Assembly (NCBI GenBank): GCA_022570885.1
Contig: JACZYW010000001.1
Span: 1-41,424, forward strand
Length of the DNA: 41,424 nt
Source of the DNA: Chloroflexota bacterium
Lineage (GTDB): Bacteria > Chloroflexota > Dehalococcoidia > DSTF01 > RBG-16-68-14
Direction of reading: 5' to 3'
Position 1 is the stretch's first letter. Every line of letters starts with the position of its first letter. Below are positions 1 to 8,554 of this stretch, piece after piece. The position numbers were made by a program, and so were the translations under genes. Under the pieces are notes generated by a model, which worked only from the letters and a program-made list of their open reading frames with translations, searched no databases and had not been told where the DNA came from.

Positions 1-57
1 CGGCGGCCGGCCCGTCCTGTCGCGGGACGGCTGCGCTGGCGCAGGCCTCGGCTTGGC

Positions 58-783
58 TTGCCAGGCTGGACGGCTCGCTGGCGGCGGCTGATCCTGCTCG
101 CGATCGCCGTCGTGGCGATAGGGACCGGCGTCTGGTGGGTCTACCGCTCTCCGCTGCTCTCGATTCGAGAGGTGACCGTAGAGGGCGTCGAAACGCTGTC
201 GCCGGAGATGGTGAGCGGCCTCGCTGACCTGGAGGGCCAGAGCCTCCTTCGCCTGGACTTCGAGGGTGCCCGCCAGCGGCTGTTGGCTCTGCCGATGGTC
301 AAGGATGTGCAGATCAGCCGCGATTGGCCCTCAGCCGCACACATTACTATCGTCGAGCGGACGCCCTGGGGCGTCTGGCAGGCGGGCGGCGTGCGCTTCG
401 TCATCGACGACGAAGGGGTGGTGCTGGACGTCCCAGCGCCGGCCGGCGCGCCCGTCATCGTACAGTACGGCGCGTTCCAGCCGCTCGTCGCCGGCGACAG
501 GGTGGACGCCGGCGCGGTCGCCGTCGCGCGGCAGCTCGCGCCGACGGCGCGGCGAACGCTGGGGCGGTCGCTCGTCGCGCTGGAGTTCTCGCAGGCGAGC
601 GGGCTCACCGCGGTGCTGGCCGTAGGGCCGGACGACCCGGGCCTCCGCGCCGTCTTCGGCGACGCTCAGGGCTACGACTTTAAGCTAGCCACCCTCTACA
701 CCCTGCTCCGGCAGGCGGATCAGGAGGGTAGGACGTTGACCAGGGTCGACCTGCGCTTCGGCGATCGGGTGGCTGTCCAGTGA
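58..783 (+). CDS. ftsQ: cell division protein FtsQ (TM helix + POTRA)
   Basis: 241-aa ORF. N-terminal TM helix LILLAIAVVAIGTGVWWV is followed by POTRA-like IREVTVEGVETLSPEMV. It lies directly upstream of ftsA-ftsZ. The TTG start is uncertain. Confidence 0.8.
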   Translation: MPGWTARWRRLILLAIAVVAIGTGVWWVYRSPLLSIREVTVEGVETLSPEMVSGLADLEGQSLLRLDFEGARQRLLALPMVKDVQISRDWPSAAHITIVERTPWGVWQAGGVRFVIDDEGVVLDVPAPAGAPVIVQYGAFQPLVAGDRVDAGAVAVARQLAPTARRTLGRSLVALEFSQASGLTAVLAVGPDDPGLRAVFGDAQGYDFKLATLYTLLRQADQEGRTLTRVDLRFGDRVAVQ

Positions 784-856
784 TGCATGGGGAAGAGAGC
801 ATGAGCTTCGCGCCGTCGCTTGCGGCCAGCGCGAATGGGAGAAGGGAGGCCCGACG

Positions 857-2098
857 ATGAAAGGTGGCGTATTCGCCTCTATCGATGTCGGCACCACGAA
901 GATCTGCACTGTGGTGGGTGAGGTGCTACCCGAACAGCCGCTGCGCATCCTGGGCGTCGGCATCGCGGCGGCTAACGGCCTCAACCGCGGCATGGTGGAG
1001 AACCTGCACGACGCCTCGGAGTCGATCCGTAGCTCTGTGGAGCAGGCGGAGCGCTCCAGCGGCACGCGCATCCTCTCGGCCCATGTTGGCGTGACCGGCT
1101 CCCACATCTCGTGCCTGAACAATCGGGGGATCGTCGCTATCCCGGACCGGGAGCGGCCGATCAGCCAGGACGATGTGTCTCGCGTCTTGGACGGCGCCCG
1201 CATCGTCAGCATCCCGACGAACCGAGACATTATCCACGCCGTCCCCCGCTACTACATCGTCGATGGCCAGGATCACGTCTCGGATCCCATCGGCATGTAC
1301 GGGCAGCGGCTGGATGTAGAGACGCATATCATCACCGGGCTGAGCACCGTCCTCCAGAACCTGACCAAGGGCGTGGAGAGCGCCGGCGTGCAGGTAGAGA
1401 CGCTGATCCTGGCGCCGCTGGCCAGCGCGGAGGCGGTGCTGGAGACGGAGGAGAAGCGCCAGGGCGTGGTGCTGGCCGATATCGGCGGCGGCGTGACGGA
1501 CATCGCCCTCTTCGTGGACGGGAGCGTGTACCACACGGCCGTGCTGCCGGTGGGCGGCAACCATCTCACCCGCGACCTGGTCATTGGGCTGCGCTGCCCG
1601 TACCAGGCGGCGGAAGACGCGAAGACGCTCTTCGGCCACGCGATGGCGAGCGCCATCGATGCCGAGGAGACGGTGGAGCTGGAGGCCTTCGGCGCTGAGG
1701 GGCGCAAATCCTTCCAACGACGCCGCATCGCCGAGATCCTGCAAGCCCGCGTGGAGGAGATCTGCGAGATGATCATGCGGGAGGTGCGGCGGGCTGTCCA
1801 AGACGACATCCTCTCGGCCGGGCTGGTGCTGACCGGCGGGACCGCCAACCTGATCGGCATCGCCTCGCTGGCGGAGCAGGTCACTGGCCTGCCCACCCGC
1901 GTGAGCGCGCCGCGCAACCTGCAGGGCCTCGTCGATGTGCTTTGCGATCCCGCCTATGCCGCCAGCGTGGGCGTACTCCAATGGGCTGTCCGTGAGTTTG
2001 AAGCAGGCGCCTTGCACACGCGACCGCGACCGTTCCTGGTCCCCGGCGACCTCTGGCAACGGGTCTCGCGTTGGGTGCGGGTGCTGATGCCGGAGTAA
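857..2098 (+). CDS. ftsA: cell division protein FtsA (actin-like ATPase)
   Basis: 413 aa. Motifs FASIDVGTTKICTVVGE and VLADIGGGVTDIALF match actin-fold phosphate motifs. Position between ftsQ and ftsZ. Confidence 0.93.
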   Translation: MKGGVFASIDVGTTKICTVVGEVLPEQPLRILGVGIAAANGLNRGMVENLHDASESIRSSVEQAERSSGTRILSAHVGVTGSHISCLNNRGIVAIPDRERPISQDDVSRVLDGARIVSIPTNRDIIHAVPRYYIVDGQDHVSDPIGMYGQRLDVETHIITGLSTVLQNLTKGVESAGVQVETLILAPLASAEAVLETEEKRQGVVLADIGGGVTDIALFVDGSVYHTAVLPVGGNHLTRDLVIGLRCPYQAAEDAKTLFGHAMASAIDAEETVELEAFGAEGRKSFQRRRIAEILQARVEEICEMIMREVRRAVQDDILSAGLVLTGGTANLIGIASLAEQVTGLPTRVSAPRNLQGLVDVLCDPAYAASVGVLQWAVREFEAGALHTRPRPFLVPGDLWQRVSRWVRVLMPE

Positions 2099-2335
2099 GG
2101 GGGTGACGTGTCGACGATAGATGAACCAGGTGCGAGCCGGCCGGACGGCCAGAGCCAAGAGGTCGAACGGCCTTTGGCCCAGCCAGTTCTGCCGGGCATA
2201 GCAGCGACAGACGAACAGGGTGATAAGCGAACCGAGGCAACAGGAGAACACGGAGCAGGAGGGGCGTCAGACCCCAGCGTGTCCCAACGTGGCCGGAGCA
2301 AGGCTAGTCGGGGCGCAAAGAGGAAGGAGAGAGCG

Positions 2336-3400
2336 ATGAGCGAGAAGCTGAACGGACTGCCCCCCATCAAAGTCGTTGGTGTGGGGGGAGGCGGTTGCAA
2401 CGCCGTGAACCGCATGATCGGCGAGGAGATGGAAGGCGTCCAGTTCGTCGGCATCAACACCGACGCGCAGGCGCTGGCCCGCTGCGAGGCGCCGGTGCGT
2501 GTTCGCATCGGCGAGAAGCTGACCAAGGGGCTGGGCGTCGGCGGCGATGCGGAGAAGGGTTTGCGCTCCGCCGAGGAGAGCCGCGATGAGATCCTGGACG
2601 CGGTGCGCGGCGCGGAGATGGTGTTCGTGACCGCCGGCATGGGCGGCGGCACCGGCACTGGCGCCTCGCCGGTGGTGGCGGAGGTCGCGCGCGAGGTGGG
2701 CGCCCTCACTGTCGGCGTCGTTACCAAGCCCTTCAGCTTCGAAGGGGCGAAGCGCCGCGAGCAGGCGGACGAGGGTATCAACCTGCTCCGCCAGCACGTC
2801 GACACCTTGATCATCATCCCCAACGACCGCCTGCTGGACATCAGCGGGCCGGAGGTGACGGTGGAGGAGGCGTTCCGCACGGCCGACGATGTCCTTCGCC
2901 AGGGCATCCAGGGCATCTCAGAGCTGATCACCCTGCCCGGCGAGATCAACCTGGACTTCGCGGACGTACGGCGGATCATGCAGGACGCCGGCCCGGCGCT
3001 GCTCGCCGTTGGGAAGGCGAGCGGCGAGGATCGGGCGGTAGCGGCGGCCCGCGAGGCCATCAGCAGCCCGCTGCTGGATATTAGCATCGAGGGCGCGAAG
3101 GGCGTGCTCTTCAACGTCACCGGCGCTCGCAACCTGTCGCTGCACGAGCTCCACGCGGCGGCCCAGGTGATCGCCGAGGTGGTGGCGCCGGATGCCGAGA
3201 TCATCTTCGGCACGGCGATCGACCCCAGCTTGGGCGATGAGGTGAAGGTGACGGTGATCGCGACCGGCTTCCCCGTGGGGCCGCGGGCGCTCGAAGCAGA
3301 GAAGGCCAGCCTTGGCCAACACTTCGGCGCGGAGCCGCCGGCCCCCGCGACGGATACGGAGCTTCCCGCCTTCCTGCGTCGCACCGTAGAGGTGCGTTAG
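2336..3400 (+). CDS. ftsZ: cell division GTPase FtsZ
   Basis: Contains [15 protein letters not shown] and the tubulin signature [16 protein letters not shown] 2336 is preceded by the SD AGGAAGGAGA. The track ORF opens at GTG 2108, but the extra 76 aa are low-complexity and not FtsZ-like. Confidence 0.94.
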   Translation: MSEKLNGLPPIKVVGVGGGGCNAVNRMIGEEMEGVQFVGINTDAQALARCEAPVRVRIGEKLTKGLGVGGDAEKGLRSAEESRDEILDAVRGAEMVFVTAGMGGGTGTGASPVVAEVAREVGALTVGVVTKPFSFEGAKRREQADEGINLLRQHVDTLIIIPNDRLLDISGPEVTVEEAFRTADDVLRQGIQGISELITLPGEINLDFADVRRIMQDAGPALLAVGKASGEDRAVAAAREAISSPLLDISIEGAKGVLFNVTGARNLSLHELHAAAQVIAEVVAPDAEIIFGTAIDPSLGDEVKVTVIATGFPVGPRALEAEKASLGQHFGAEPPAPATDTELPAFLRRTVEVR

Positions 3401-3506
3401 CGGAGGTGGTAGCTACACTTGGCAGAAAGGGGGTGTCTGTCTAGCCGTATGTGAGCACCCGGTACGACCGGGAACTCAGCCCCTTCACATCGAAGAGGGG
3501 CAACAA

Positions 3507-3552
3507 GGCTGCGGGCGGCGAATGGGAGATGCGCCGCCCGCAGCCTTTTCTT
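3507..3552 (+). terminator. rho-independent terminator after ftsZ
   Basis: Perfect 14-bp GC stem: GGCTGCGGGCGGCG (3507-3520) pairs with CGCCGCCCGCAGCC (3532-3545). It is followed by TTTTCTT. Confidence 0.75.
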
Positions 3553-3568
3553 CGCACGAGCTGGCCTG

Positions 3569-3602
3569 GAGTCTCGCCCCCGACCGGTCCGGGGCGAGAC
3601 TC
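3569..3602 (-). terminator. hairpin downstream of the convergent minus-strand gene
   Basis: Perfect 12-bp stem GAGTCTCGCCCC / GGGGCGAGACTC, 27 nt past the stop at 3629. There is no clear U-tract. Confidence 0.4.
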
Positions 3603-3628
3603 TCTCACATTGAGAACTTCGCACTCTG

Positions 3629-4684
3629 TTAGCTCTGCTGGCTCAGCCGCCGGCGCCAGTAGCCCAGCCCGATCAGGCCCATCCCTAGGCTGGCCAACGT
3701 AACGACGAAGCTGAAGAGCGAGCCAATGCCACCTGGCAGAGGGAACCCGCCACCCGTTTCCGGCGGCCCCTTCACCGCTGGCCCCGGCGTCGCGGTCGGG
3801 TCTGCCACCGTTGGCTCCGGCGTCGCGGATGGCCCGATCACCGTCGGCAGAATCTCGGACGTGGGCGTCGTTTCAGGAGCTGTCGTGGTAGGTGTCGCCT
3901 CAGTCGGCGTGGCCGTGGGCAGTGGCGGCGTGGCCGTGGGCGGCGTAGCCGTGGGCGGTGGCGGCGTAGCCGTGGGCGGTGGCGGCGTGGCCGTGGGTGG
4001 TGGCGGCGTGGCCGTGGGCGGTGGCGGCGTGGCCGTGGGCGGTGGCGGCGTGGCCGTGGGCGGTGGCGGCGTGGCCGCGGGTGATAGCGGTGTGGCCGCG
4101 GGTGGTGGCGGCGTGGCCGTGGGCGGTGGCGGCGTGGCCGTGGGCGGTGGCGGCGTGGCCGTGGGCGAGACGCCGCACGGAGGGAAGCTTTCCGATCTCT
4201 CCGGGTTCAAGTCCGGCCGCTGGCTGGTGTCGACTTCAACTCGAATGGAGTTGGCGTCCGGACTGACGCCGGCGCTGCTGAGCGGGCCGTATAAGAGGAC
4301 GACGCTTTCCCCAGGATCCAGGGTGACATTGACTGCAACGGAGGCGCCGGTCGTAAGGAAGAAGGGGCTGCCTCCGAGGGCGGGTGGGATGTGCTGCGCG
4401 AGTACCAGCGGTATCTGGTCCGATACCTGATCCTGCGTCCGGTTCGCCACGGTGATGGTGCCGCTTACACTCCCGTCGGGCGCACAGGTGGCTGTGATCG
4501 ACACGATCTCCACTGGCCCGAAGGGTTGCCCCGCGGTGGATGAGCTTCTCATCAGAGCGACGCCGATGGTGACGAAGGTTGCCAGACACAGGAGCGCCGT
4601 GAGCAGGCCTAAGAGCACGGTGAGCGGGAAAGACCCTGCCGGTGAAGCTTTCCGCCGTTGTCGGTAATGTATCGACCCAGACAT
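3629..4684 (-). CDS. membrane/cell-surface protein with TATPPPP tandem repeats and a sortase-signal-like C-terminus
   Basis: 351 aa. N-terminal TM/signal-anchor FPLTVLLGLLTALLCLATFVTIGVAL, a globular part, then about 11 TATPPPP heptads. The C-terminus reads GPPETGGG + hydrophobic segment (IGSLFSFVVTLASLGMGLIGLGYW) + RRRL. SD GGGGGA lies upstream of the ATG. Confidence 0.7.
   Translation of the reverse strand: MSGSIHYRQRRKASPAGSFPLTVLLGLLTALLCLATFVTIGVALMRSSSTAGQPFGPVEIVSITATCAPDGSVSGTITVANRTQDQVSDQIPLVLAQHIPPALGGSPFFLTTGASVAVNVTLDPGESVVLLYGPLSSAGVSPDANSIRVEVDTSQRPDLNPERSESFPPCGVSPTATPPPPTATPPPPTATPPPPAATPLSPAATPPPPTATPPPPTATPPPPTATPPPPTATPPPPTATPPPPTATPPTATPPLPTATPTEATPTTTAPETTPTSEILPTVIGPSATPEPTVADPTATPGPAVKGPPETGGGFPLPGGIGSLFSFVVTLASLGMGLIGLGYWRRRLSQQS
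3906..4166. repeat. 21-bp in-frame tandem repeat (about 12 copies) encoding TATPPPP
   Basis: The unit GCCGTGGGCGGTGGCGGCGTG is reiterated with few substitutions. It lies inside CDS 3629-4684 and generates spurious ORFs in several frames. Confidence 0.9.
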
Positions 4685-4929
4685 ACCGATGTCCCCCTAT
4701 ACCCTGAGCACCACCCTCATAATGAGGGTCTAGCCCACGCCGCTTGAAGCAGCTATGGGCGTCGTATCAAGGCGGGGTATGTCACGTCTAGGCGGGGATG
4801 CCTACAGTATCTTTACATCTTCGAACGCGGTATAGCAACGGTCGTTACAGGTAAAGGGAAAGTTGCGCAGGGCGCCCGCGTGGGTCTAGTGCGGCCTAGA
4901 TTGGGTTAGTGCGTCGGCACTGGTTGGCG

Positions 4930-6213
4930 CTACTCGACGAGCACCACATCCGGGGCTTCGAAAGTGCGGAACTCTCCATACGTGAGGTCGAGGGGCGAGT
5001 TGCCGGATAGTTGAAAGCCGTTCACGATGAGCTGCACCGTGCCGAATTGAGAGTCGCCACTGATGTCTAACGTGGCCCCCGGCGCGTAGAAGATGCCGCT
5101 GATCAGATCGTTGCTCCCACGCATCTTAAAGTCAGCGGTGATCGCTTCGTCCTGCCAGAGGGTGATGCCTTCATAGGGGCCGGAGGTGGGCGGAGACAAG
5201 TCCATAGCGCCGGAACCCGTCAGGTCGAACGGCTTGGGCGCGCCATCTCCCGTGGGATTGGTCGGATTTTCCGTGACGTAGATCATGACTCCGTCGCCAA
5301 CAAAGCTCGCACCGCCTGCCTTGGAGAAGCCACCGCCGGCCATGATATAGATGCCGGGCTGGAGCGTGATGGTACAGGTGCAGTTGGAGTAGAAGCCGCC
5401 GTAGTACGTGCCGGGATACAGCGTGAAGTCTCCGCCGCTAGTGACGGTCCACGTATCGGGGTTCACGGCGGTACCGGAGGATCCCGGCGCTGGCGACCCC
5501 AGCGAGGGCGGTGACAGGCTCGCCAGCGGGTCGCTGACCGTCCAAGACACACTATTCGGCTCCGGGCTGATAGTGCCCGAACCGCCGACGTCGTATCCGC
5601 CGTACACGTCAATACTGCCTTCCACGATGAGGTCGCCGGCGCCGGTCTTGCTCAGAGCGTCGGATGGGCAGCTAGAGTTGACCATGACGCCGCCCCCGGC
5701 GATCGTCAGGCTGGCATTCCCTTGCTGTCTGAAAGATTGGCAATCGTCCGGGTCCAGCACAACCAGAGCATACGGTTCTGGGAAGAGGGGGAAGCCGGCC
5801 ACCCCGCGTGCCTGCACCGTCGAGCCGCCTGGTATCAAGACATGGATGAAGAACGTCGGCGGTTGCTCGGAGACGATCACCTCCACGTAGAGTGGATCGC
5901 CAACATGCGCGCCTGAAGTGGGTGGGATGTTGACCGTAACCGTGCTGGAGCCGCCGCTGTTGTCGAAGCCGTTCTCGTCTGCGTATGCCAGCGCCGTGGT
6001 GGTGGCATCGGCAACGCTGCGGCCGTTGAACAGCTCGTAGGTTGCGGCGAGCGCCGCCTCGTCGGCAGCGTTCTGCGCCTGGCGATGCTCCGCGTAGAGA
6101 TAACCGACGTCGATGACAAGTCCAGTGAAGGCGAGGAGGGCGACGATCACGAATGCCGAGAGCACAAGTATCTGCCCTCGTTCGTCCCGTAGCGTTCGTA
6201 GATTGCGCTTCAT
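4930..6213 (-). CDS. TadG-like pseudopilin / Flp-pilus-assembly TadE/G-like N-terminal domain protein
   Basis: 427 aa. The N-terminus RDERGQILVLSAFVIVALLAFTGLVIDVGYLYAEHRQAQNAADEAALAA is typical of the TadG-like N-terminal domain. The remainder is G/S/T-rich and beta-rich. SD GAGGAG precedes the ATG. Confidence 0.72.
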   Translation of the reverse strand: MKRNLRTLRDERGQILVLSAFVIVALLAFTGLVIDVGYLYAEHRQAQNAADEAALAATYELFNGRSVADATTTALAYADENGFDNSGGSSTVTVNIPPTSGAHVGDPLYVEVIVSEQPPTFFIHVLIPGGSTVQARGVAGFPLFPEPYALVVLDPDDCQSFRQQGNASLTIAGGGVMVNSSCPSDALSKTGAGDLIVEGSIDVYGGYDVGGSGTISPEPNSVSWTVSDPLASLSPPSLGSPAPGSSGTAVNPDTWTVTSGGDFTLYPGTYYGGFYSNCTCTITLQPGIYIMAGGGFSKAGGASFVGDGVMIYVTENPTNPTGDGAPKPFDLTGSGAMDLSPPTSGPYEGITLWQDEAITADFKMRGSNDLISGIFYAPGATLDISGDSQFGTVQLIVNGFQLSGNSPLDLTYGEFRTFEAPDVVLVE

Positions 6214-6232
6214 GGAGGCGACTCCTCGTGTG

Positions 6233-6682
6233 CTAATTAGCGATCGCCATGGTCGACGAGCTGGACATGTCGAACTCGAGTATCCCGAACATGTTGAAGA
6301 TAGGCGTGTACGTGTATTGAGAGGACACCGTGACTCGGTTGCCCTTCTCGTTGGTGCCGTCGATCCAGGTGGTTTCCACCGTCAACTGCAAAGTGTTCAG
6401 TGAGCCGGCATGGTTCTCAACCACCTGGGAAACCTGCGTATCGCTGTTCGGGGACGTGTAATAGCTGCTGCCCGGCCCGCTGGGATCCGAGGAGTCGGCG
6501 CCGTGGACGATCGCGTAGCGAGTGCCCTCTCGCGTCGCCTCGGCCAGCGCGTTGTAGTGCCAGACGGCGCGGCCGATGTCGATCATGCCGAAGACCAGCA
6601 TGAAGAAGATAAGCGAGATCAGTGCGAACTCCGTCAACGCTTGGCCGCCCTCGCCCCGTTTGGCAACGCGGAACCGCCTCAT
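6233..6682 (-). CDS. TadE-like pseudopilin
   Basis: GQALTEFALISLIFFMLVFGMIDIGR matches the prepilin-like G/xxxxEF motif plus hydrophobic helix. The start is taken at the internal ATG 6682, which overlaps the upstream stop as ATGA. The track ORF extends to 6742. Confidence 0.72.
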   Translation of the reverse strand: MRRFRVAKRGEGGQALTEFALISLIFFMLVFGMIDIGRAVWHYNALAEATREGTRYAIVHGADSSDPSGPGSSYYTSPNSDTQVSQVVENHAGSLNTLQLTVETTWIDGTNEKGNRVTVSSQYTYTPIFNMFGILEFDMSSSSTMAIAN

Positions 6683-7143
6683 TCCCTGACCCTCGCTGTC
6701 ACCGTACGGGCGACATCTATCGATTCTGGTATGCCCGGCCAAGGGAAGAGCATGTTGAAGGTGTAGGTCACGGTCACATCAACGCGGCGATGGTCCGGGC
6801 CGAACCACCCATCGGTGGTCACGGAAACGGCTGGGTTGGTCGGTGAAAGGTTGAGCAGGTCACTGGTGTCTGCGACGACAGCGTTCCTGATGCCGTCCTC
6901 GTCGCAAGAGACGGCGCAGTTACGGGCTGCGTAGTCCGCGCCGGTGCGGGCGCTGTTTGTCACCGATACGTATGCGAAGTAGACTCGCCCGAAGTCGATG
7001 GCGCCCAGGACCAGGAGTATGAGTACGGGCAACATCAGCCCGAACTCCACCAGGCTCTGGCCGCGCTTATCGCCGATAAGCCGTCGCAGCGATCTCCGGT
7101 GCCGCTTGCCCTGGGCTGCCTGCGATGATTCCTGCATGCTCAT
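6679..7143 (-). CDS. TadE-like pseudopilin
   Basis: 154 aa. GQSLVEFGLMLPVLILLVLGAIDFGRVYFAY matches the TadE N-terminal motif. SD GGAGGG is 5 nt upstream of the ATG. Confidence 0.72.
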   Translation of the reverse strand: MSMQESSQAAQGKRHRRSLRRLIGDKRGQSLVEFGLMLPVLILLVLGAIDFGRVYFAYVSVTNSARTGADYAARNCAVSCDEDGIRNAVVADTSDLLNLSPTNPAVSVTTDGWFGPDHRRVDVTVTYTFNMLFPWPGIPESIDVARTVTARVRE

Positions 7144-7209
7144 GTGCCCTCCGGTGGCAATGCCCCTAGCCCACCGCCCTCGAGCCTGCGTGTGGGCCGA
7201 AGGCTCCGA

Positions 7210-7303
7210 AGAGGTCCGGCAGCCCGGCTGTCCTCTTCCCGTATAGGTGGTGGACCCGTGGCTTTGCGTCCCCGGCTCTCGCCGGGTTTGCCCTGTTCGG
7301 AGT
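7210..7303 (-). promoter_or_regulatory. c-di-GMP-I (GEMM) riboswitch aptamer in the 5' leader of the tadE-like operon
   Basis: The minus strand reads CUCCGAACAGGGCAAACC-CGGC-GAGA-GCCG-GGGACGCAAAGCC-ACGGGUCC...GGACAGCCGGGCUGCCGGA. The blocks ACAGGGCAAACC and GGGACGCAAAGCC are identical to my recollection of the Vibrio Vc2 aptamer. There is a 4-bp helix with a GNRA loop, and the second helix has an AG bulge. The aptamer ends 70 nt before ATG 7143. Confidence 0.85.
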
Positions 7304-7452
7304 CATCTATCCGGTTTTAAGGCGGAACCCCTAGGGGGCTCACCACAGTCATCATCGACCATCCAGCGAAAATCCTTAGCCGTCTTACGTAGCCCAACAC
7401 GCTCGCTACCCTCGATAGATGCTATTATGACTACTAAATATGGGGAGATTGG

Positions 7453-7481
7453 TTGACAGATACAACATCTTGTGCTATCGT
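7453..7481 (+). promoter_or_regulatory. candidate nrdR promoter with an NrdR-box-like palindrome in the spacer
   Basis: TTGACA (7453-7458), 17 nt, TATCGT (7476-7481). The spacer holds ATACAACATCTTGTGC (7460-7475), a 12/16 match to the remembered NrdR-box consensus acaCwAtATaTwGtgt. A weaker CTAAATATGG half-match is centred about 29 bp upstream. Confidence 0.45.
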
Positions 7482-7511
7482 CAAATTCGCTACCGTTTAG
7501 AGAGGTATTCG

Positions 7512-8153
7512 ATGCGCTGTCCCTACTGCGGTTTCGCTGATACGAAGGTGACCGACTCTCGCGACGCCGACGAGGGTATCCGCCGCCGCCGCGAGTGCCT
7601 GAACTGCGAGCAGCGCTTCACCACCATGGAGCGGCAGACGATGGGCACGCTCCTCGTCGTGAAGAAGGACGAACGGCGCGAGGAGTTCTCTCGCGAGAAG
7701 CTGCTCGCCGGGCTGCGCAAGGCCTGCGAGAAGCGCCCCCTGCCCGCCGGCACGGTGGAGGCCGTAGCCGACGCCGTGGAGGCCGGGCTCCGCCAGCGTG
7801 GCGCGCCCGAGGTGCCCAGCGAGGAGATCGGCGAGGCGGTCATGGACCACCTGCGAGATCTCGATCATATCGCCTACATCCGCTTCGCCTCCGTCTACCG
7901 CTCCTTCGCCGACCTGGAGGAGCTGCAGCGAGAGCTGGAAGGCCTCGCCGGCCGCGGCACGCCGCCCGGCCTGGGGGCTGGCCAGCCGTCGCTGCTACCG
8001 GAAGAAGAGCTCAAGGACCTCACGAAAGGGCTGCGCTCCTTCCCTCGACGGACGGGCCCCCGGCGGCGCGGCCGGCCCACCGGCCAGTCGACCGCAGCGC
8101 CACGGGTGCTCCACGAAGAGCTGCCCGCCAGCCGGCGAAAGAGGCGCTCCTGA
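7512..8153 (+). CDS. nrdR: transcriptional repressor NrdR (zinc ribbon + ATP-cone) with a C-terminal extension
   Basis: MRCPYCGFADTKVTDSRD...RRRRECLNCEQRFTTMER zinc ribbon followed by an ATP-cone. The start is at ATG 7512; the track ORF opens at 7440. The last roughly 55 aa are P/G/R-rich and lie beyond the usual NrdR length. Confidence 0.93.
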   Translation: MRCPYCGFADTKVTDSRDADEGIRRRRECLNCEQRFTTMERQTMGTLLVVKKDERREEFSREKLLAGLRKACEKRPLPAGTVEAVADAVEAGLRQRGAPEVPSEEIGEAVMDHLRDLDHIAYIRFASVYRSFADLEELQRELEGLAGRGTPPGLGAGQPSLLPEEELKDLTKGLRSFPRRTGPRRRGRPTGQSTAAPRVLHEELPASRRKRRS

Positions 8154-8554
8154 TGGACCAAGAGCTGCACGCCCGTCTGCTGAACGCTGAAGGCGAACTC
8201 ATTGCCGAGGGGCCCTGCCGGCTGGACGAGGCCGCGGGCCTGGCGATGCTGGAGCCGGAGCGAGAGCCCGGCGTCATTCAGAAAGAGCGAGGCGTGTTGT
8301 CGCTCACGCTAGAGAACGGCCGTACGCTCCACGTTTCGGACACGCCGATCATCTTCCGAATCCGCCCGCCCACCCAGGCAGGCGGACCGTATCATCGCCG
8401 CACCCTCTACCGGCTGCGGCTGGTGGACTCGACCGATCGTGCCGAAGTCGGCCCGGCCGAGCCCGCCGCTACTTATGCGCAGGAGGCGACAGCGGCCGGC
8501 GCGGGCGAAGGAACGCCCGCTGCCCCCCAGAGGCAGACGCCGGCCGCACGCTAG
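8153..8554 (+). CDS. hypothetical protein, translationally coupled to nrdR
   Basis: 133-aa ORF. Its ATG overlaps the nrdR stop (TGATG). Third codon positions are G/C-rich throughout, as expected for coding sequence here. It is the 3' part of track ORF 7595-8554. No recognisable motif. Confidence 0.55.
   Translation: MDQELHARLLNAEGELIAEGPCRLDEAAGLAMLEPEREPGVIQKERGVLSLTLENGRTLHVSDTPIIFRIRPPTQAGGPYHRRTLYRLRLVDSTDRAEVGPAEPAATYAQEATAAGAGEGTPAAPQRQTPAAR

Noticed and set aside
2108-2335. A 76-aa N-terminal extension of FtsZ starting at GTG 2108.
   Set aside because: The internal ATG 2336 has a much better SD (AGGAAGGAGA) and gives a canonical FtsZ N-terminus. The longer form cannot be excluded without proteomics.
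926-3384. Long antisense ORFs (926-2251, 1954-3384, 1273-1917 and others) opposite ftsA/ftsZ.
   Set aside because: These are typical high-GC shadow ORFs. Their products are Arg/Ala/Pro-rich and low-complexity, have no SD, and overlap genes with unambiguous conserved motifs.
3906-4166. Possible CRISPR array (regular short repeats); the same was considered for 29124-29513.
   Set aside because: There are no unique spacers between repeats. The units are contiguous, multiples of 3 nt, and in frame inside long CDSs.
3726-4430. ORFs 3726-4430(+), 3900-4178(-) and 3979-4266(+), encoding GGGVAV, HGHAAT and AAWPW repeats.
   Set aside because: These are alternative-frame readings of the 21-bp tandem repeat. 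Only the minus-strand frame is continuous with a signal anchor, a globular domain and a sorting-like tail.
7144-7440. Search for a short Flp-type pilin gene upstream of the TadE-like genes; also track ORF 7247-7456(+).
   Set aside because: The only minus-strand ATG ORF (46 aa, MTPNRANPARAGD...) has no G/xxxxEY motif or hydrophobic helix and overlaps the riboswitch aptamer. The plus-strand ORF overlaps the riboswitch and the nrdR promoter.
7595-8152. The 5' two-thirds of the 319-aa ORF 7595-8554.
   Set aside because: It overlaps nrdR in another frame and is Arg/Ala/Gly-rich. Only the part from ATG 8153, coupled to the nrdR stop, was kept.
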